From: Flectonema sp. DT1601 | Lineage: Eukaryota | Assembly: GCA_964019425.1 (NCBI GenBank) | Contig: OZ025806.1 | Location: 558,001 to 622,000 of the forward strand | Length of the DNA: 64,000 nucleotides | Reading direction: 5' to 3' | Shown here: piece after piece, positions 56,914 through 64,000 of the stretch | Layout: each line of letters opens with the position of its first letter | Numbering within the stretch: position 1 is the first letter of the stretch | Program-made: the position numbers and the translations under genes | The notes under the pieces: generated by a model | Seen by the model: the letters and a program-made list of their open reading frames with translations, nothing else | Database searches by the model: none | What the model was told of the DNA's origin: nothing

Positions 56914-58068
56914 TTACAAGGGGGTGGAGTCACCGTGAACGTCATCAGCAGAACATCTCCTTCGATTGTAACGATATCTTGATGGAGGGGTTCGTTTTTT
57001 CAGAGTTGAACGCTCAGACTTTCTCGGCGGAGTTTCATTTTCCTCATGTTCTTCTGTGTCTGGCGGACTCAAACCTTCTGCCCATGAAGCTAATTGGAAC
57101 TTCAGGGCCGCTATTTGAGACCGTGCCAAGGCGAGTTGAGCATTTAAATCGCTCGCCAGTCCCGTTAACATCATGGATTGCTCAAGCTGCTCTGCGTGAG
57201 TTGTACACCGTTGGTGATTCAGCTCCGAGAGGCGAAGTTGGGCATCCAAAAGTTGTTCTGAGAGCTCTGCCGCTTTCTCGTTTGTTTCGAGAGAGTCATC
57301 TACTGCTCGACAGTAGTTCTCGAGTAAGTCAATTCTACCCTCGGACCATTGTCTCGCAATAGGTGTATTCTCTTTAACGGAGATAACGTGACTCTCTTGT
57401 CGTAAAATCTTGGTCGGCGTGCGGTCGAGAGCTTCACTCTGCGGCATTGTCGGAGGAATTGAGGCTAGAGGACAAAGAGGGGTGATATAATTAAGGGTAG
57501 GGATAAGGGGTTTAATAAGAGGAGTAAAAAGACTACTCGTAGTTGTAAAGAGCGAGAGGTAGTTCTTTGCTATCTTCATCATAGCAACAGATTCATACAG
57601 AACGGGGGTTCGGGGGGAAACTTGTTGACTAAAGTGGGTCATACGGGGACGCGCGGCACGCAAACTCTCGACCTCCTGTTGAGTATAGAAAAGTCTTATT
57701 TTACTTTCTCTTTCCTCATTACATTTGGTCTCCAATTCGTTCGACAGAAGAACAAACCTTTGATGGTAATTAAAGAGCGCCATTTCCGATAGGTCTGCTC
57801 TCTGAGTCAGATTTGCGAGCTCACGTTTCCTGTAATCTTCCACTAAGTCATATTGTCGAACTAGTGCAGAAAGAGAAGTCTTCGATTCATCGCGTTCTGC
57901 TGTTAACCGTTGAATTACTCCTTCCAGAAGTTCATATTCTTTTCTATCTTTTTCAATAATTAAAACAGGGGGCGCAGGAGGAAGTGAGGATGGATCCTGG
58001 TTGGTAGCTTTGATCTCAACAGGTAATCCATTTAGTAACTGCTTGTCTTTCTCGAGGGAGGCTGACAT
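56914..58068 (-). CDS. Coiled-coil protein of block B (~384 aa from MSASLEK), basic C-terminus
   Basis: Long ORF that stays open in both copies despite substitutions. Confidence 0.7.
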   Translation of the reverse strand: MSASLEKDKQLLNGLPVEIKATNQDPSSLPPAPPVLIIEKDRKEYELLEGVIQRLTAERDESKTSLSALVRQYDLVEDYRKRELANLTQRADLSEMALFNYHQRFVLLSNELETKCNEERESKIRLFYTQQEVESLRAARPRMTHFSQQVSPRTPVLYESVAMMKIAKNYLSLFTTTSSLFTPLIKPLIPTLNYITPLCPLASIPPTMPQSEALDRTPTKILRQESHVISVKENTPIARQWSEGRIDLLENYCRAVDDSLETNEKAAELSEQLLDAQLRLSELNHQRCTTHAEQLEQSMMLTGLASDLNAQLALARSQIAALKFQLASWAEGLSPPDTEEHEENETPPRKSERSTLKKRTPPSRYRYNRRRCSADDVHGDSTPL

Positions 58069-58072
58069 CGCA

Positions 58073-58531
58073 TTAAAGTAAAATAAAAAATAGAACATAA
58101 AAAATTCGTTCTTTCATTTGCTCTAATTCGTTTTCTAAAATCTGGCATTTCAAGGAAAGTTTCAGCCTTAATTTTCCTTCTTTTTTTTTGTACAAGGGGG
58201 TTTGAGAACCCATGTCAGATTGAGTTCTTATCACTATAGCGAAATCAGCAGGAAGTGTTTGCGATCCCGTTGACATGAGTTCAGGTGGGGGAGTCTGGAA
58301 AGAGATGGAAGAAATAGAAGAGAATGACAAGGAGAGTCCAGTGAGCTCATCCTCATCTAACAAAACAGAAGGGGCCGGGGAGGAAGAAGAACCATTGGCA
58401 ATAAGTAGAATAGAAAGAGCCGATGCGTAACAAGTTTGCCAGATAAAACATTTCTCAAGCCACGATCTTTCAATGGTGAGCTTTTCGATCGTTTTCAGTT
58501 TTGTTACTTTGTGGATTTTGACTTCTTCCAC
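58073..58531 (-). CDS. Upstream ORF of block B, 5'-truncated at the family D junction, hydrophobic C-terminus
   Basis: 152-codon open frame. Its stop lies 4 nt before the next ATG. Confidence 0.45.
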   Translation of the reverse strand: MEEVKIHKVTKLKTIEKLTIERSWLEKCFIWQTCYASALSILLIANGSSSSPAPSVLLDEDELTGLSLSFSSISSISFQTPPPELMSTGSQTLPADFAIVIRTQSDMGSQTPLYKKKEGKLRLKLSLKCQILENELEQMKERIFYVLFFILL

Positions 58532-59816
58532 ATTGGATTGCAGTGGCGCAACCTATCACCCCAACTGTTGGTATCTTTTTATTTTTTTTATTTAAAGAAA
58601 AAAGCAGGCTAAGTCGCCTGAGCTGGCATCGCCAGAATATTTAACTTCACATGGCAATGTCAGCTTGTGAAGGGATCCAGTTGGACCAAAGGTTTTCTCC
58701 CCCCACTCTATTTATCGTCATTGGTGCGCACCTTCGAACAGGAAGGCCAACATTGACGGAATTTTTTTTACTTCTCTTCCCAAGGTTGAACCTTGGGAAA
58801 AAAACAAACAATAAACACAGTGTAGACAAACACCCGCCGGACATCTGCAGAGCAGCGATCGATGTCGATGTCTTCGTTGTCGAACTTCCTGGCGTTTATG
58901 TTTTTGTTTTTAACAACAATACAACACCAACTAACAGGTTTGTCTCATTGCCCGTTCTTTCTTGTTTCCCTTTGCCGCCGGAAGAACGAAGGTCGACGGA
59001 GGTCCGAAGCATTGCTTGCGATGATGTTCCGGTATGTGTTGCGTCTCTGTTATTTGTTTGTTTCAACTCAATTGGTTCATCTCAGGTTTTAGAAGTCTTC
59101 GTCCTGTTCGATGGGAAGGGCCTGAATCAAAAGTTCACTGCCCCTATTCCTCTCCCAAATTTCTTATTTTTATTTTAAATTCTTTTTATTTATTTTTTAA
59201 AGAAAAAAAACTGAAAATAGAAATTAGTCGACAAAGTCGAACGATAAAAAAACAATGATAACATTGTTTATTCTTTTTTTTTTTTTTTATTTCTTTTTAT
59301 TTATAAAAAAAAACAATCAGTTTAGCGTCTTGACCAGGACGGAAAATAGAAAGTGATCGACATAGTCGATCGATAAAAAAACAATGATAACATTGTTTAT
59401 TCTTTTTTTTTATTTTAAATTCTTTTTATTTATTTTTTAAAGAAAAAAAAAACGGAAAATAGAAATTAGTCGACAAAGTCGAACGATGAAAAAAAACAAT
59501 GATAACATTGTTTATTCTTTTTTTTATTTTTTTTTTTTTTATTCTTTTTTATTAATTTTGAAAAAAAAAAAACAATCAGTTTAGCGTCTTGACCAGGACG
59601 GAAAATAGAAAGTAATCGACATAGTCGATCGATAAGAAAACAATGATAACATTGTTTATTCTTTTTTTTTATTTTAAATTCTTTTTATTTATTTTTTAAA
59701 GAAAAAAAACTGAAAATAGAAATTAGTCGACAAAGTCGAACGATAAAAAAAACAATGATAACATTGTTTATTCTTTTTTTTTTTTTTATTTTAAATTCTT
59801 TTTATTTATTTTTTAA

Positions 59817-62676
59817 CAGGAGTTAAGATCACTTACATGAGTTAACACAACACAGATACGAGAGTCGCAAACTGAGGTAACACTACCAATTCAACAAAAA
59901 ATAATCAGGATCGTACACAAGGAGGAGAGTTCATTCTACCTCTCATTGTCCTTGCTGGTATCTTAAGTGTCTTGGTATCTCTTGTGTGTCGGTATCTCGG
60001 AAGTGCTGGTATCTCGTATGTCGCCCTCTGGGCCTGTTAAAAAAAAAAAAAAATAAAAAGAAAGTTTACATCGGGAATAGGGCAGGAGCCAAAAGCTCCC
60101 AGTCCGTTACTTCCCACTCTATCGAATTCTGCGTTGGTATCTCTTGCGTGTTGGTATCTCTTGCACATAAAAAAAAAATTGAGTTAACATGATCAGTTTT
60201 ATTTAACATTAAAGACAGACCGGAACTATTTGAAAATAAAATGTAGATGGGAAACAGTGAAAATTAAAATGAATGATAAAATTAAATGAGATTTATGACA
60301 TAACAGACCATAATAAAAAAAGAGCATCTCCCTGCTATCCTCATATCCCCACAATAATATTATACCTTTTCATTTTCTCTTTCCTTTTCTGGTCTTTTTT
60401 TTTTCTTTTTTTCCTTTTTCATACAACGTTTTTTATTTATATTTTATTTTTTTTTTTTTTTTTCATGTTTGATTATTTCCTCTTCATATTTTTTTTCTAT
60501 TCTTTCTTTTTTTTTTTTTTTTTTTCTCTACCTCTCTCTTAATTCTGTTCGTTTCTTTGAAACGAAAATTCATTTGAATATTATTCCTTGGTCAGCAACA
60601 GTCATTGTCGCCCTTTGGGCCTGTTAAAAAAAAAAAAAAAAATAAAAAGAAAGTTTACATCGGGAATAGGGCAGGAGCCAAAAGCTCCCAGTCCGTTACT
60701 TCCCACTTTATCGAAATTCATAGAGAGTAATAAAGGGAAAAGGAAAACGGGAAGGGTTCATTCACTTAGTTAAAGTTAAGACCGATTAGTCAGTTTAAGG
60801 TCTTGACTAGGACCAACAAAAAAAAAAAAAAAAATAACGATCAAGCTGAGCTGATCTTGTTTTTATTAAAATAAGGGGAGCGGGAGGGATGGGAGGAATA
60901 AAGGAAAAAAAAAGAAAAGGTCGATCAATTGGATCTGATCGTCGAGAAGAAGAAGACAATTATTTTAAAGGTCGATCGGCATAGCCGATCGTTGAGAAAA
61001 AATAACCAGATATAAATACAATCAGTTTAAATTTAAAAAAAAAAAAAAAAAGATTAACGATCAAGCTGAGCTGATCTTGTTTTTATTAAAATAAGGGGAG
61101 CGGGAGGGATGGAAAGAATAAAGGAAAAAAAAAAAAAAAAAAAAAAAGGTCGATCAATTGGATCTGATCGTCGAGAAGAAGAAAACAATTATTTTAAAAA
61201 AAAATGATCGGTATAGCCGATCGTTGAGAAAAGAACAGATATAAATACAATCGGTTTTGGTGATCGACGAGTGGAGCGATCACTTGACAAGAAGGAAAAA
61301 AGAAAGGACCGATTAATTGGGGCTTTGGTTGTATTCCCAAGGCATGTTTTTTTTTTTTTTTTTTTATTATTCATTTACATTATTTTTTTTTTTTTTTTTT
61401 TAAATTAATAATCACATTTTGTTCAAAAATATTTCATATTAGAGTAAAAGAAAAAGAAAAAAAAAGAGATAAGAGAAAAAAAAAAAAAAAACCATTGCTG
61501 GCCCCCTCACCACTCATAGAGGATGAGGAGGCCAGTAAGGCGTCACTCAAATCTATGCCAAGCCTTGGGAACTTGGATTGGGGTTTAGACCATTTACAAT
61601 TAACAATTAACAATTAATCTGATTAACGTTATGATCTGACGGACATAAACATATCGACAAAATATTACAAACAAAACGAACAATAAATAATAAATAAGCT
61701 AATAAACTAAATAAACAAAGTGATGTGAAAGTAAGGAAAAAGAATTACAAGGGGGTGGAGTCACCGTGAACGTCATCAGCAGAACATCTCCTTCGATTAT
61801 AACGATATCTTGATGGAGGGGTCCGTTTTTTCAGAGTTGAACGCTCAGACTTTCTCAGCGGAGTTTCAATTTCCTCATGTTCTTCTGTGTCTGGCGGACT
61901 CAAACCTTCTGCCCATGAAGCTAATTGGAACTTCAGGGCCGCAATTTGAGACCGTGCCAAGGCGAGTTGAGCATTTAAATCGCTCGCCAGTCCCGTTAAC
62001 ATCATGGATTGCTCAAGCTGCTCTGCGTGAGTTGTACACCGTTGGTGATTCAGCTCCGAGAGGCGAAGTTGGGCATCCAAAAGTTGTTCTGAGAGCTCTG
62101 CCGCTTTCTCGTTTGTTTCGAGAGAGTCATCTACTGCTCGACAGTAGTTCTCGAGTAAGTCAATCCTACCCTCGGACCATTGTCTCGCAATAGGTGTATT
62201 CTCTTTAACGGAGATAACGTGGCTCTCTTGTCGTAAAATCTTGGTCGGCGTGCGGTCGAGAGCTTCACTCTGCGGCATTGTCGGAGGAATTGAGGCTAGA
62301 GGACAAAGAGGGGTGATATAATTAAGGGTAGGGATAAGGGGTTTAATAAGAGGAGTAAAAAGACTACTCGTAGTTGTAAAGAGCGAGAGGTAGTTCTTTG
62401 CTATCTTCATCATAGCAACAGATTCATACAAAATAGGGGATCGGGGGGAAACTTGTTGACTAAAGTGGGTCATGTGGGGACGTGCGGCACGCAAACTCTC
62501 GACCTCCTGTTGAGTATAGAAAAGTCTTATTTTACTTTCTCTTTCCTCATTACATTTGGTCTCCAATTCGTTCGACAGAAGAACAAACCTTTGATGGTAA
62601 TTGAAAAGCGCCATTTCCGATAGGTCTGCTTTCTGAGTCAGATTTGCGAGCTCACGTTTCCTGTAATCTTCCACTA
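59817..62676 (-). repeat. Block B copy 2, with short family A insertions at ~60021-60129 and ~60310-60719
   Basis: Collinear with copy 1 once the insertions are removed. Confidence 0.85.
61745..62676 (-). pseudogene. 5'-truncated second copy of the block B coiled-coil ORF
   Basis: Near-identical to 56914-57845. The N-terminus is replaced by the family A head at 62677. Confidence 0.8.
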
Positions 62677-62868
62677 GAATTTCGATAAAGTGGGAAGTAA
62701 CGGACTGGGAGCTTTTGGCTCCTGCCCTATTCCCGATGTAAACTTTCTTTTTATTTTTATTTTTTTTTAACAGGCCCAAAGGGCGACAATGATGGTTGCT
62801 GACCAAGGAATAATATTCAAATGAATTTTCGTTTCAAAGAAACGAACAGAATTAAGAGAGAGGCAGAG

Positions 62869-62899
<31 letters not shown>

Positions 62900-63085
62900 G
62901 AAAAGAGAAAAAAAAATGAAGAGGAAATAATCAAACATGAATAAAAAAAAAACAAAAAAAATATATATATAAATAAAAAACGTTGTATGAAAAAGGAAAA
63001 AAAAGAAAAAAAAAAGACCAGAAAAGGAAAGAGAAAATGAAAAGGTATAATATTATTGTGGGGATATGAGGGATAGCAGGGAGAT

Positions 63086-63116
<31 letters not shown>

Positions 63117-64000
63117 CTTATTTATTATTTAAAAAAAGGAAACAATCAGTTTAGCGTCTCGATCAGGACGGAAAATAGAAATTAATCGACATAGTTGATC
63201 GATAGAAAAAAAAACAATGATAACATTGTTTATTCATTTTTTTTTTTTTTTTTTTTTTTTTAAATCTTTTTAATTATTTTAAAGAAAAAACAATCAGTTT
63301 AGCGTCTTGACCAGGACGGAAAATAGTAAGTAATCGACATAGTCGATCGATAAAAAAAAAACAATGATAACATTGTTTATTCCTTTTTTTTTTTTTTTAT
63401 TCTTTTTATTTATTTTTAAAGAAAAAACAATCAGTTTAGCGTCCTGACCAGGACGGAAAATAGAAAGTAATCGACATAGTCGATCGATAAAAAAAACAAT
63501 GATAACATTGTTTAATCTTTTTTTTTTTTTTTATTTTAATTCTTTTTATTTATTTTTAAAAAGAAAAAAAATGGAAAATAGAAATTAGTCAACAAAGTCG
63601 AACTTTAATTCTTTTTATTTATTTTTAAAAAAAAAAAAAAAAAAAAAGAATAAACAATGTTATCATTGTTTTTTTATCGATCGACTATGTCGATCACTTT
63701 CTATTTCCCGTCCTGGTCAGGACGCTAAACTGATTGTTTTTTCTTTAAAAATAAATAAAAAGAATAAAAAAAAAAAAAAAAGGAATAAACAATGTTATCA
63801 TTGTTTTTATTTTATCGATCGACTATGTCGATTACTTTCTATTTTCCGTCCTGGTCAAGACGCTAAACTGATTGTTTTTTCTTTAAAAAATAAAAAGAAG
63901 GATTTAAAAAAAAGAAAAAAAAAAAAAAAAAGAATAAACAATGTTATCATTGTTTTTTTATCGATCGACTATGTCGATCACTTTCTATTTTTCGTCCTGG
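62677..64000. mobile_element. Family A element; the array flips orientation at ~63604-63645
   Basis: Head at 62677. Monomers read in one direction to 63603 and reverse-complemented from ~63647. Confidence 0.85.

Larger units (their letters stand above)
55368..58532 (-). repeat. Block B copy 1 (GGTATCTC microrepeats, hairpin-rich duplicated units, two ORFs)
   Basis: Collinear with 59817-62676. Confidence 0.85.
47818..59160 (+). repeat. Family D copy split into 47818-47941 and 58534-59160 by a ~10.6-kb nested block
   Basis: CTTTTTGTGAC|TGGATTGCAG is contiguous in the reverse complement of the intact copy (~42720-42740). Confidence 0.8.

Noticed and set aside
58651..59178. 175-aa ORF in family D
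   Set aside because: The frame is broken near its start in the other copy (~42500), and it has no known motif.
25660..62955. Many short ORFs of type MVSNHHCRPLG.., poly-F and poly-K
   Set aside because: They arise from family A heads and homopolymer tracts, and the frames vary with run length.

Overview
AT-rich eukaryotic DNA, most likely from a diplonemid (Euglenozoa). The evidence is a near-complete diplonemid-type spliced-leader (SL) exon at 38785-38821, an LSU rRNA relic with a euglenozoan-like variant, and a TATE-like tyrosine-recombinase retroelement. Bases ~1-18.4 kb hold a cluster of nine host genes, all on the minus strand: spliced V-ATPase subunit e, CFAP44-like coiled-coil, F-box/MATH-like, a helical-repeat protein, histidine phosphatase, spliced F-box+MYND, MAPEG and two hypotheticals. 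From ~19 kb to the end lies a deeply nested stack of mobile elements. It includes two intact-looking Mutator (MULE) transposons (one with two introns), a Pack-MULE carrying a 28S rRNA fragment, a decayed piggyBac, several MITEs, a CRE-like retroelement relic with USP-protease and RNase-H1 N-terminal domains, and an SL-capped gag/YR element with a -1 frameshift signal. The main candidate for an undescribed system is three otherwise unrelated repeat families (A, C, D). They share a fixed end carrying the same 27-nt covarying stem-loop (AGGGC-n-NNNNY-CAAAA-GNNNN-Cn-GYCC), are variably truncated at the other end, and insert without a short TSD. Family A drags long ordered arrays of triple-hairpin monomers and twice runs into a coiled-coil-ORF block (B), suggesting a large retro-like or rolling-circle element whose enzyme is not in this window. 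All calls were made by eye, without database searches.
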